DNA of 64,000 nt from an uncultured Chthonomonadaceae bacterium (GTDB taxonomy: Bacteria > Armatimonadota > Chthonomonadetes > Chthonomonadales > Chthonomonadaceae): positions 320,001 to 384,000 of the forward strand of contig CAWFQB010000004.1 in NCBI GenBank assembly GCA_963817895.1. The letters are read 5' to 3'. This document shows, piece by piece, positions 53,419-63,217 of this stretch. The translations under genes and the position numbers were made by a program. Under the pieces are notes generated by a model. That model saw only the letters and a list, made by a program, of their open reading frames with translations, ran no database searches and had not been told where the DNA came from. Position 1 is the stretch's first letter, and every line of letters begins with the position of its first letter.

Positions 53419-54780
53419 ATGAAACTGTGGAAACAAGCGGGAATAGGTTTGCTGTTACTCGCGATGAACGCGACCGGGCGGGCGGATAATATCGCGCCGA
53501 CCAGCGTAAAGCATGTCAATCTGATTACGCGGGAACTGCTTTATGAGCCGGTGTCAAAGAAAATCTATGCCAGCGTCCCCGGAAACGCGGGACCGGGCGG
53601 CAATAGCGTGGTGGCGATTGACCCGCTGACGGCGGAAGTGAGCGCCCCAATTCCGGTTGGCAGCGAACCCGGCCACATGGCGGCTTCCGATGATGGCAAA
53701 TACCTGTACGTGGCGTTGGATACGGGGGATATACGGCGCGTGGATTTGACCACACGCAAACCGGCGGGACTGTTCCATACGGGCGGGATTCGGCAGTTGG
53801 AAGTTCTGCCCGGACAGCATGACATTCTAATTGTTTCGCGGGGCGGGGGAGCGGGCATGGGTGATGGCGTTGCCATTCTGGATAACGGCGCGATGCGGCC
53901 CAAAACGGGCAGCCCGAACTCCTTTGCGCGGACATTCGGCAATCGGGTGCATACCTACCAGAACGAAATATCCTCGTGGGATTTCAGCACGTATGCCGTA
54001 GACGCGACGGGATTGAACGGCAGAGCCAACACGGCAAGCCTGCTGTTCGGCAACTGCCATCTGCTCGGCGATGGCAACGGGCGCGTGTTCACCGACAACG
54101 GGCAGGTGGTTGATCCCGAAACGCAGCGCATATTGGGGCGTTTCCCGAACACGACATGGGGAACGCGCCCCCTGCCGGATGCGGGAACGAATCGCGTATT
54201 CTTCCTCAACGGCAGCCATATCACGAGCGACGATTACACCACGTATGTCACGCTCGATTCAATGGACGTGCCGGAAGTAAAGGGCGGAACCAACAACCTG
54301 ATTCGCTGGGGAACGGACGGGTTGGCGTTCCGCTCGGATCAGCAGGTAACTCTGGTACGCTCACGCATTGTCGCGCCACCCGTTGCGCCCATAGATTTGG
54401 CATTAACGGTGACGCACTCGCCACAGGCTGTCACGGTGGGGCGTTCCATTACCTGTACAGTTGCGGTTGTCAACAACGGGCATGGACAGGCAACGGGTGT
54501 CAGTCTCTCCTACCGCCTGCCGGAAGGACTGGAACTGGTGTCCGCGCAATCCACGCAGGGGCAGGTATCCCAAACCAACCGGCTTGTGTCCGTAGACGTG
54601 GGAGACATGGCGGCGAGAAGCAGAGTAACTCTGACGGTTGTAGTAACACCTGTAGGCGAAAAGAAGTTTATGACGACTGCGGTTGTACGCGGCAATCAGC
54701 CTGACGACCATCCCAACAACAATCTGAGCGACCACGAGATCAACAACATGCTTGACGGCGCGACTGCAAAAGTCGAATGA
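53419..54780 (+). CDS. Secreted beta-propeller protein with C-terminal DUF11 domain
   Basis: Signal peptide, PVGSEPGHMAASDDGKYLYV, RWGTDGLAF; DLALTVT...VVNNG...DDHPNNN. Confidence 0.8.
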   Translation: MKLWKQAGIGLLLLAMNATGRADNIAPTSVKHVNLITRELLYEPVSKKIYASVPGNAGPGGNSVVAIDPLTAEVSAPIPVGSEPGHMAASDDGKYLYVALDTGDIRRVDLTTRKPAGLFHTGGIRQLEVLPGQHDILIVSRGGGAGMGDGVAILDNGAMRPKTGSPNSFARTFGNRVHTYQNEISSWDFSTYAVDATGLNGRANTASLLFGNCHLLGDGNGRVFTDNGQVVDPETQRILGRFPNTTWGTRPLPDAGTNRVFFLNGSHITSDDYTTYVTLDSMDVPEVKGGTNNLIRWGTDGLAFRSDQQVTLVRSRIVAPPVAPIDLALTVTHSPQAVTVGRSITCTVAVVNNGHGQATGVSLSYRLPEGLELVSAQSTQGQVSQTNRLVSVDVGDMAARSRVTLTVVVTPVGEKKFMTTAVVRGNQPDDHPNNNLSDHEINNMLDGATAKVE

Positions 54781-54814
54781 AATAAAGCGGCGGAAAAACA
54801 GTAAGAAAACAACC

Positions 54815-55843
54815 ATGAACAAAATGACGCGACGGGAAATTCTGCAAGCCGGAACCGACGTGATGCTGACAGGACTGCTGATTGGCGGTTTGGAAGCGAA
54901 CAGCAGGGGCGCAGTGAGGGCGGCGGGCAGGGCAGTCAAATGCGTAGCCCTGAGCAGTGATGGCGTGTTGCTGGCCGCGCCGATTGCCGGGAAGGGTATC
55001 GGCCTGTTCGATTACGCGAGCGCGATGAGATTGCGAACGCTGGAACTGCCTGCGGAGATCGAGGTTCTCGCGCTGGCGTTTGCGGGCAAAGGTTCGCGGC
55101 TGGCCGTCCTGCAACTGGACGCGAACGCGGCGATACTGGCGGCGGGTTGCTCGGACGGGGCTGTTCGGCTGTGGGACGCGCAAACCGGCAAAACACTGGG
55201 AACCATCCTTGCGCACAAGGCAGGCGTGACGGCGATTTGCCTGACGCCGGACGGCAAAACGCTGGTGACAGCCGCCGACAGCGAACCAACCCTGCGCGTG
55301 TGGGATGTCACGTCCCGCAACCTGAGCGGCGAATTTGCCGGACACGCCAACGGCATTGCCGGCATCGCCCTGAGTCCCGACGGCAAAACGCTGGCGGCGG
55401 GCGGGCGCGGCTTCGACCCTACCATCCATCTGTACGACATGGCGCGGGGCGGCCAAAGCAAAATGTTCACCGCCTACCTCAAAGGCGAACATAAACTCTC
55501 CATTAGCGCGCTGGCCTTTAGCTCGGACGGCAAGCGGCTTGCAAGCGGCAGTCTGGACAAAACCGCCCGCGTGTGGAACATCGCCGAACGCAAGGCGACC
55601 GCGAAATTCGACGAGCATGAAGCGTCCATTCTCAGCATCGCCTTCCACCCGAACGGCAGAAACGTCGTCAGCGGCAGCCCGGACAAGACCGTTCGGCAGT
55701 GGGACGCGGACACCGGCAAATTAATTCAAATGTTGGGCAGTTTCAAGGGCGAAGTGTACGCCATTGCCTTCGCGCCCAACGGCCAATCGCTGGCAGTTGT
55801 CGGGCAGGACGGCTTGATGCGCGTGTCCGTTCCCGAAAAGTAG
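54815..55843 (+). CDS. WD40 repeat protein with Tat-like signal
   Basis: TRREIL; repeated SPDGKTLA / LASGSLDKTARVW / VRQWD units. Confidence 0.88.
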   Translation: MNKMTRREILQAGTDVMLTGLLIGGLEANSRGAVRAAGRAVKCVALSSDGVLLAAPIAGKGIGLFDYASAMRLRTLELPAEIEVLALAFAGKGSRLAVLQLDANAAILAAGCSDGAVRLWDAQTGKTLGTILAHKAGVTAICLTPDGKTLVTAADSEPTLRVWDVTSRNLSGEFAGHANGIAGIALSPDGKTLAAGGRGFDPTIHLYDMARGGQSKMFTAYLKGEHKLSISALAFSSDGKRLASGSLDKTARVWNIAERKATAKFDEHEASILSIAFHPNGRNVVSGSPDKTVRQWDADTGKLIQMLGSFKGEVYAIAFAPNGQSLAVVGQDGLMRVSVPEK

Positions 55844-55929
55844 ACTGTAAAAGAGAGAGGATTACGCGATTTACCCATCTACTCGCCACATGTGTTTTGG
55901 AAATTTATAGTAAAATACATAACTTGGCA

Positions 55930-56616
55930 TTAAGGCGCGGTAAGTTGTCTGGATTTGTACGCGGCTTTGCTTTGCTCGATGTATTCGCGTAACGCGCCTT
56001 CCACATCGGGAACCTGAATCAGCGGAACGCCGATTACCAGAATATCCGCGCCCATGCCTGCCGCGCGAACGCCGTCTTCCACGCTGAAGGTTCCCACGCC
56101 GACAGGAATGGTCACGGCTTTCAGAACCGCGCTGAGTTCCGTCAGGGCGTCATACGCGGGGTCGGCGTTACGCTGGTCGGCTCCCCAATGGACGTATACG
56201 CTGTCAATTCCCATATCGGCCAGTTGACGGGCGCGAAGGGCCGCATCGGGCGCGGCGTACAAATCGCAAAGCACGACAACGCCCGCTTCCTGTCCGGCGC
56301 GAATGGCTTCCCGCAGGCTGGCATCGCTGGCAACCGCGCAGATGGTGGCGATACGCCCGCCCTGTTTCGCCGTTTCCACGACATACTTGCGAACCCCGTC
56401 CATCATCTTATAGTCGGCCAGAACCGGGACATGGGGAAACTCCCGCGCCAACGCGCCAATCGCCCGTACCCCCTCGAACGTGACAAGAGGCGTTCCCACT
56501 TCCAGCCAGTCCACGCCCGCCCGTACCGCCGCTTCCCCAAGCCGCAACGCGTCGTCTATATTCAGCACATCAATCGCCACCTGCACAATCGGCGGCTGTA
56601 TACGCAGTTTCTCCAT
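55930..56616 (-). CDS. 3-hexulose-6-phosphate synthase-like (OMP decarboxylase/HUMPS family)
   Basis: QVAID, LEVGTPL, ADYKMMD, VHWGAD, GADILVIG. Confidence 0.85.
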   Translation of the reverse strand: MEKLRIQPPIVQVAIDVLNIDDALRLGEAAVRAGVDWLEVGTPLVTFEGVRAIGALAREFPHVPVLADYKMMDGVRKYVVETAKQGGRIATICAVASDASLREAIRAGQEAGVVVLCDLYAAPDAALRARQLADMGIDSVYVHWGADQRNADPAYDALTELSAVLKAVTIPVGVGTFSVEDGVRAAGMGADILVIGVPLIQVPDVEGALREYIEQSKAAYKSRQLTAP

Positions 56617-56638
56617 TTATTTTTCTTTCCGTCCGGGT

Positions 56639-57145
56639 TTACCCCGAAGCGTGTTTCTTGACGCCGACAAGAAGCGGCGACTCGGTTTGCATCTGCCTGC
56701 TTTTGCGAATGGATTCCCGAAGGCGGTACAGGCTTGCCATGTGGCATTGCATGTGCAGGTGCATCGCAAAGGGCGCTTTCCACATAGAACCGGACACGCT
56801 CATGCCCCGGCGCTTCATCATGGCGATCACTTCCAGATTGCGACTCAGGGTGAGGATGTGCCGCCCGCGCTGTTCGGCCCGCTCCCAGGCCGCGGCGTAA
56901 AGTTCGCGTCCCAATCCCCGGCCCCGGAACGCGGGAACCACATACAACACGGCAATATCCGTCCAGCCGAAACGCAGGTCTTTGCTGATACAAGCGCCCG
57001 CCAATGCGCCATCCTCCTCCGCGACCCACACGTCGGAACAGCCCAACAGTTCCCGAACGGTGTAGCCGAGAATGTTAGGCGTGGTTTTCAATTCCGCGTG
57101 AAGCAGCGCGGCTTCCTCTAATGTGAGTTTGCGATGGTTCAGCAT
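56639..57145 (-). CDS. GNAT family acetyltransferase
   Basis: LYVVPAFRGRGLGREL acetyl-CoA motif. Confidence 0.85.
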   Translation of the reverse strand: MLNHRKLTLEEAALLHAELKTTPNILGYTVRELLGCSDVWVAEEDGALAGACISKDLRFGWTDIAVLYVVPAFRGRGLGRELYAAAWERAEQRGRHILTLSRNLEVIAMMKRRGMSVSGSMWKAPFAMHLHMQCHMASLYRLRESIRKSRQMQTESPLLVGVKKHASG

Positions 57146-57166
57146 GGCTCTCGATTCTAAAGTAGT

Positions 57167-59738
57167 CTAATTCCGCAAACCGTACCGCTCGTAAAGGTCG
57201 CTATTTGCAAGGGGCAGCAGGGGCGAGGGAACGCCACAATAGCAGATGTACAGGTCGTGCAGGGCGCGGGTACAGGCCGTGTACAGCAGTTTGCGCTCCG
57301 CTTCCCGCTCATAACGCGCCTGACTCGCGTCGTGCAGAACAACGGCATCGAATTCAAGCCCTTTGGCAAGCTGCACCGGCATTACGAGAACGCCCTGCGT
57401 CAATGCCGCGCTGCCGCTCAATAGAGTCAGCGGCGTATCCTTCGGCATCAGGGGCCGTAACTGGCGATACAATTCCGCGCTGTCCCGCCGCGTTTTACAT
57501 ATAACCGCGATAGAGTTGACCCTCTTATCGGCTATATCTGTCAACAGCGTGGCGAGGGTGGCGGGGAGTTTGCCATCCGGCGCGGCAAGCACTTTCGGCT
57601 TGCTTCCCGTTCGACGCACATTATCAATGGCCGGACTGCCCTTTAGTATCTGCCGCGCGAAGTCCGTGATTTCCACGCTGGAGCGGTAGCTGCGTTTCAG
57701 TTCCAGGCGCGTGATTCGTTTGGTGAAAACGTCTTCCAGTCCCTCGTAATCGTGCAGGTTCAGCGCGGGGCTGATGGCCTGATTGGTATCCCCGACAATC
57801 GTGAAACTACAGGAATCGGGCAGGCAATTCTTGATGTACTCGTAATGCGGCAGGGAGTAGTCCTGCGCTTCATCAATCACGGCATGGTCTACATCGCTCC
57901 ACTGCGGAAAGCCGCGATAGTGTCCACTCAACAACAGCAGGGGAACAATATCTTCATACGCCACTTTGCGCTCTTGCGCAAAGGAAGCTGTGTACGCGCC
58001 TGCCTCTGCGGAAAGTCCGGCAGTTTCGTCTGATAGAGATTCGTCGGACGGCAACAGCGCGTTTTGCAGCAGAGTCGCGTATAAATCCAGCAGGGCGCGG
58101 TTCATATACGGTTGCAGCAGATTTTCAATGCGCAATTTCTCCTGCTGCAGGCGTCGCATCGTAATCGCAAGGGGATTTCTGCCGTTGCCATCGCCGCGCG
58201 GAATCCAACTTGTCTGTTCAAATTCCACAAGGCGCGTGTCAATGTTTTCCAGCACATCTTTGAGACTGTCCACAACGGAACTCGCCGCGCGGGACAGGCG
58301 ATACCGCTCCTGAAATTCCGATTTGCTGTAAAAAATGCGTTGCTTCGCATCCGCAATTACCTGCCCGTAAACGCTGAGTTCCATGTCCTCAAACGCCGCT
58401 TCTATCTGTCTGTCAAGCTGTTCCAGAAACGTTTCTCATAGCGGACAGCATGGCAAGGGAAGATTTGAAAGCAGAAGCCGATACGCGCGCCTGGTACAGC
58501 GCGTCGATTGTTTGCAGCAGAATGTACTCAAAGTAGTCTTCGCGGGCTTCCACCTGCCAGCGCTCGCCCCGAATTGCTTTGGGCAGGCATTTACGAACTT
58601 CGGCCTGAATGGTGTTTTCCAGAATGGTTTGCGTAATCTGCTCTTCGTTCAGGTCGGGCAGGACGCGCGAAATATAGCTTGAAAAGATGCTGTTGGGGGA
58701 GAAGACCAGCATCTGCTGCGCGGAAACCCGGCCAAAACGCTGCGCGAGTCGCTCCTGTTCCTGCCGCTTATGGTATAGCAGATAGGCGGCGCGATGCAGC
58801 GCGACGACGGTTTTGCCGCTGCCCGCCGGTCCCTGAACAATCACCACGCCACCACGAACACGGATAACTTCATCCTGTTCCGCCTGTATGCTCTGCACGA
58901 TTTGCCGCATTTCGCCCGAACTGTTGCGCTTCAACATGCCAAGCAGGATAGCATCCTCGGTTTCCGCGATCTGCGTTTTGCTGCTGCCCACATCCTGATA
59001 CGAGGCCAACGCTCCCTTGCGGATTTCCAGATGACGCTTCAGAAATATTTCGCCGCCAAACACGCCGCCCGGCGCATGGTAACTGGCGGAACCCACATTG
59101 TGGCGATAGTACAGGGTACAAATCGGATCGCGCCAGTCATAGATGAGAAAGCTATCGGAACCGGTTTCGAGCATCGCGCGCCCGATGTAGATCAACTCTA
59201 CCGCGTCAGCATCCTCCCCGGCAAAATCAATACGCGCGAAATAGGGGTCGCCTAAAATGGTTTAAATCGCCTCCTGTTTGCGCCGCGCTTCCGTTCGCAG
59301 CCAGGCGTCCGCCGCCCCGCTGTGAATCGAGCGTCGCCCCTTCGCGTGGGCTTTGCGGCTGTATTCCACCACCTGTTCCGCCGCCACTTGCAGCGTGTAC
59401 CGGAGGTAATGCTCCTCATGCGCTTTTTCCAATAGCGCAACGGGCGTCTCACTCCCCGTATAGCGTTGCTGCGGCGCTTCCAACTCTGTTGCCTGTACTT
59501 GCGGAGTGGAAAGCGCCTGTGTGGGTGTTTGAAAAGATTTGACGCAGGCGAGACAGGCGTTATCCGGCGCACTGACGGAATGGTCAATAACGACGCGCCG
59601 GGGCTTGCCGCACTCGAACGCATTACCCGCTGCGGAACTGTCATAATAGTGAAACAGGCCATCATCCCGGCTCATTCCCCACATAGTCCCTTGCCTTTCT
59701 GAAGTGTGTTGTTTTAGCGGCTGAAATATTCCAGACAA
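57167..59738 (-). pseudogene. helD: HelD-like (RNA polymerase recycling, SF1 helicase-like) ATPase with an in-frame TAA (59262-59264) and a frameshift near 58435
   Basis: PYFARIDF, IYIGR, DWRDP, IQAEQDEVIR, QGPAGSGKT, ALHRAAYLLY, IDEAQD, GDTNQ, SYRSS, KGLEFD, YTACTRA. Confidence 0.8.
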
Positions 59739-59815
59739 TAAATTAGACGCAGAAGAAGAAAATCCTTCCCCTGCGCCTGAATAGAATTCTACATTTTTAC
59801 AGGTGCGAACGTTGC

Positions 59816-60259
59816 CTACCCAACTAACTGATTTTTCATGGGTGGCAGTGTCACTTCAGTCAGCGTTATATGCGGAAACAAGCGCTTGAGGTTTTCGTAA
59901 CCCATTGCTTTGTTTTCAGCAATTGCCGCATCAATTTCGTCAGGAAACGCTTCGTAATAATTGAGCGCGGCCTGCGCTTTCCATGTCGGCCAGCCGAAAT
60001 GCTGCGCCGTTGTTGCCGCGTCCAGTCTGTATTGCTGCGCCACTTCGATGACCTGCCAGACTTGCAGCAGTCCCTTCAAACACGCCTGCCGTTCACCGCC
60101 AAATGCGCGAAACTCTATTTCCGCGAACTCGCTGACGCGCCGCGCTTCTTCAAACAACGACACGCCCAAATCGTTGAGCGAACGCCCGGTACGCCGCGCC
60201 GACGCTTCGAGCCAGTCGGCTACCTCATCTGGTAATTGCAACGTTACAGTCTGTGACAT
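59816..60259 (-). CDS. RHH-like + DUF433-like protein (antitoxin-like)
   Basis: TVTLQLPDEV..A.RTGRS; IEFR..GGERQA..VWQVI..ALNYYEAFPDEIDAAI. Confidence 0.75.
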   Translation of the reverse strand: MSQTVTLQLPDEVADWLEASARRTGRSLNDLGVSLFEEARRVSEFAEIEFRAFGGERQACLKGLLQVWQVIEVAQQYRLDAATTAQHFGWPTWKAQAALNYYEAFPDEIDAAIAENKAMGYENLKRLFPHITLTEVTLPPMKNQLVG

Positions 60260-60379
60260 ACTGTGCTTCTGCTTCTCTCAAACAGTGTAAAATCCTATAC
60301 GCATTGTAAACAAATATAGCAGGTCATACAATAAATTTGGAGATTTTAAAGTATTACTGAAATTGTCCCCGAAACATGA

Positions 60380-60643
60380 CTAACCCGCTGTCTGTGAGGA
60401 ACGGAGAGTGTCGGCGTCTGGATAGCTGATTCGCATGCCATAGCGGACGCCATCAGGCCGTTTTTGATAAGTGCGCATGGAGGCGGTCATGTCGTCCTCA
60501 TCTATTTCGTACTCGCCTGTCTCAATGTCAATCACAAGGAACTTGCCTGTGTTCTCCGGTTCCAACAAGCCGCGCAACTGCTGCTCGTATATTTCCCGGC
60601 CTCGCGTGGCTACCTGCTGCGCGGTAGGACGTATTTGTCCCAT
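60380..60643 (-). CDS. Small hypothetical protein
   Basis: GREIYEQQLR..LEPENTGKFLVIDIETGEYEID; GGAAGG RBS. Confidence 0.7.
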   Translation of the reverse strand: MGQIRPTAQQVATRGREIYEQQLRGLLEPENTGKFLVIDIETGEYEIDEDDMTASMRTYQKRPDGVRYGMRISYPDADTLRSSQTAG

Positions 60644-60669
60644 TGCTGTTCCTTCCCCGTCATCTACTA

Positions 60670-61098
60670 TCAAAGCCAGTCCTCAACAATCAATGTTGAA
60701 TGACTTTTGATGTCTTCAAAGATTTTATCGGCAGAGAGTAGCTTCGCGCGGTTTACAATGACTATGCATGCTATTTGCAAATCCATCGTTCCACATGCGC
60801 GTAACTCTCTGATTTGTTTCAGGCGTACAAATTCTGTGGCCGCTCTGTCGTCGAACGGCAACAATATCCACTCCGCAAAGAACTCAAAAATCTGATGCAG
60901 ATAATGATAAGGAGGCACCTTCTCGTGTGCAGTCTTCGCTTTATTGATCTCTGACAAACACCCATTCACCGCTTCATGTACGGTAATGATGTTTGTGCAA
61001 ACATCTTCTCCGCTTGCCTGTAGTTTGCGCATCAACTTGTCACATGCGATCCCCGGTCTTCTGAGTACCCGCATGTGATTAGATTCTACGATGATCAT
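60670..61098 (-). CDS. PIN domain (VapC-like) toxin
   Basis: IITVHE, LPFDDRAA, GTMDLQIA, EDW tail; the first catalytic Asp appears as Glu (VESNH). Confidence 0.8.
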   Translation of the reverse strand: MIIVESNHMRVLRRPGIACDKLMRKLQASGEDVCTNIITVHEAVNGCLSEINKAKTAHEKVPPYHYLHQIFEFFAEWILLPFDDRAATEFVRLKQIRELRACGTMDLQIACIVIVNRAKLLSADKIFEDIKSHSTLIVEDWL

Positions 61099-61388
61099 GT
61101 TTCGTTGCGCTCGTCTTCCCTCAACCTATTCCCTTCTTCAAAAATCCTGTCAAGGGGAGAACCTTCAGGATATTTGCCTGCTGTTTTTATCCAGCTATCG
61201 CGAGGGCGAGGCGTTGGCTTACCTCTCATAGCAAGGAGAGAAACTTGCCCCGAACGCCCCTCGTCCTCTGCAACATCAGACGCGGCAACAGTATCACTCC
61301 AGAACTCAACAGAGGATTCCAGTTCTGATGCTTGTTCCGCAGGCGCGGAGTTGCTATTTAAATTTGATGCTTCAATGGTCATATTCAA
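61095..61388 (-). CDS. Putative antitoxin upstream of the PIN toxin
   Basis: Small acidic ORF whose stop overlaps the PIN start (ATGA); W..TAGKYP...DRIFEEG..LRE. Confidence 0.55.
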   Translation of the reverse strand: MNMTIEASNLNSNSAPAEQASELESSVEFWSDTVAASDVAEDEGRSGQVSLLAMRGKPTPRPRDSWIKTAGKYPEGSPLDRIFEEGNRLREDERNET

Positions 61389-61422
61389 ATACAGGTTCAG
61401 TAGCCGGAGCGCTTTGTTCGTA

Positions 61423-62928
61423 TTACGCGATCAGTTCGGGAATCACGTTGCCGTATACGTCGGTCAGTCGGTAGTCGCGTCCGGCGTAGCGGTACGTGAG
61501 ATGCGTATGGTCGAAGCCCAGCAATTTTAGCTGCGTGGCGTGAAGGTCGTGGACATGGACGGGTTTTTCCTGCGCTCGGAAGCCGAAATCGTCTGTTGCG
61601 CCGTAGGTTTGACCGCCCTTGACGCCGCCGCCCGCCATCCACATCGAAAAGCCCCAGTGGTTGTGGTCGCGCCCGTTCTGCTTGCCCGCGTTCGAGCCGG
61701 GAGTGGGCAGTTCCACAGTGGGCGTTCGCCCGAACTCGCCGCCCCAGATAACGAGCGTGTCTTCCAGCATCCCGCGCTGTTTGAGGTCTTTGAGCAGCGC
61801 GCCGATCGCCTGATCGGTTTGACGGGCAAGGGCGCGGTGGCCGTCCGCAATATCGTCGTGGTTGTCCCAGGGCTGGCCCGCGCCCGTGTACAGTTGCAGG
61901 AACCGGACGCCGCGCTCCAGCAAACGGCGGCCAATCAGCAGTTGGCGGGCATACACGCCCTCGCCGTACATTTCGCGGATATGCGCGGGTTCCTTGCTGA
62001 TGTCGAAAGCGTCCGTAGCGTCCATCTGCATCCGATACGCCAGTTCAAACGACTGGATACGCGACTCTAGCTGCGCGTCTTCTTCGCGCTGCGCCGCGTG
62101 TTTGGCGTTCAATTCGTGCAGCAAATCCAACTGCTGCCGCTGCGCGGGCATGGACTCGTAGTTGTTCTTGATATGCTCGATGACCTTCTGCATGTCGGTT
62201 TGCGATGGGTCAATATAGGTTCCCTGATACACGCCGGGGAGAAAACCGGCCTGCCAGTTCTGCGTGTCCTGAATGGGATAGCCGCCCGGACACATGGCGA
62301 TGAAACCGGGCAGGTTCTGGTTTTCGGTTCCCAATCCGTATGTCACCCACGAACCCATGCTTGGGCGCACCAGTCGTCCCTCGCCGCAGTTCATCAGCAG
62401 CAGGGACGGCTCATGGTTCGGCACATCGGCATGCATGGAGCGGATCACGGCAATGTCGTCAATGCAGCTTGCCATGTGGGGGAAGATTTCCGACACTTCG
62501 ATGCCCGATTGCCCGTGTTTTTCAAATTTGAAAGGCGACCCGAAGCAGGTTCCCGTTTTGCGCTCGGTGGGAAGCGTGGAATAGGGCAGGGGCTTGCCGT
62601 GATACTGCGTCAGCATCGGCTTGGGATCGAACGTATCTACGTGCGACGGCCCGCCATTCATAAACAGAAAAATTACGCGCTTGGCGGTAGCGGGAAACGG
62701 CGGCTGCTTCACGGCCAACGGATTCAAGGAGGGTGATTGGTGGTTGGTGACTGGTGGTTGGTGGGAAGACTGAGTTCCCCCTTTTCCCTTGCCAGCCTTC
62801 CCATCTGCCAGCGCGATGTCGCTCAACAGCCCGGTCAGGCCGAGCGCGGCGAAGCCGTTGCCCATGCGCGACAGCATTTCCCGCCGCGTCAGAAACATGT
62901 CTTTCCAGTCAAAATTGCCGTGCGCCAT
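61423..62928 (-). CDS. DUF1501 family protein (Tat-like signal)
   Basis: TRREML, GGPSHVDTFDPK, RRLLERGVRF, WDNH, EFGRTP, GRDHNH. Confidence 0.92.
   Translation of the reverse strand: MAHGNFDWKDMFLTRREMLSRMGNGFAALGLTGLLSDIALADGKAGKGKGGTQSSHQPPVTNHQSPSLNPLAVKQPPFPATAKRVIFLFMNGGPSHVDTFDPKPMLTQYHGKPLPYSTLPTERKTGTCFGSPFKFEKHGQSGIEVSEIFPHMASCIDDIAVIRSMHADVPNHEPSLLLMNCGEGRLVRPSMGSWVTYGLGTENQNLPGFIAMCPGGYPIQDTQNWQAGFLPGVYQGTYIDPSQTDMQKVIEHIKNNYESMPAQRQQLDLLHELNAKHAAQREEDAQLESRIQSFELAYRMQMDATDAFDISKEPAHIREMYGEGVYARQLLIGRRLLERGVRFLQLYTGAGQPWDNHDDIADGHRALARQTDQAIGALLKDLKQRGMLEDTLVIWGGEFGRTPTVELPTPGSNAGKQNGRDHNHWGFSMWMAGGGVKGGQTYGATDDFGFRAQEKPVHVHDLHATQLKLLGFDHTHLTYRYAGRDYRLTDVYGNVIPELIA
62731..62802. 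repeat. In-frame heptamer array (CACCAAC-like x4) plus a G/A-rich arm in DUF1501
   Basis: Encodes GKAGKGKGGTQSSHQPPVTNHQSP after the Tat signal. Confidence 0.75.
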
Positions 62929-63121
62929 GCGTACCGTCTCCTGATGTGGCCTGAGCCTTGAAAGTGCGATTTAGAGTTCGTATGTGGGTTTATTATATCG
63001 TATTTGTCGCGCGAATGCCGACCATTTTGAAGGGGCGGCAACACAAGATGGTTAGACGCGCCTGACCGATTTTAGTGACGAATTTTGCAGCGCGTACTCT
63101 GGCATATACGCGCCACGCGCT

Positions 63122-63156
63122 AAAAAGCCGAAACGCTTTTTGCAGAGCGTTCCGGC
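63122..63156 (-). terminator. Putative intrinsic terminator of the S8 protease gene
   Basis: Imperfect stem gccgaaacgct/agcgttccggc followed by a U-run on the minus strand. Confidence 0.55.
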
Positions 63157-63169
63157 AATGAACTTTGGT

Positions 63170-63217
63170 GATGAGTTGAAGCAGTTACTATCAACTATCA
63201 ACCATCAACTCTCAACT
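63170..63217. repeat. Heptamer array (ACTATCA)n abutting the S8 stop codon
   Basis: actatcaactatcaaccatcaactctcaact with a short partner arm tgatgagttgaa. Confidence 0.75.

Noticed and set aside
1..59738. About 14 frameshifted genes read as mass pseudogenisation or programmed frameshifting
   Set aside because: They include polA and prmC, both halves keep intact motifs, and no shared slippery site is evident. Long-read indel error is the simplest explanation.
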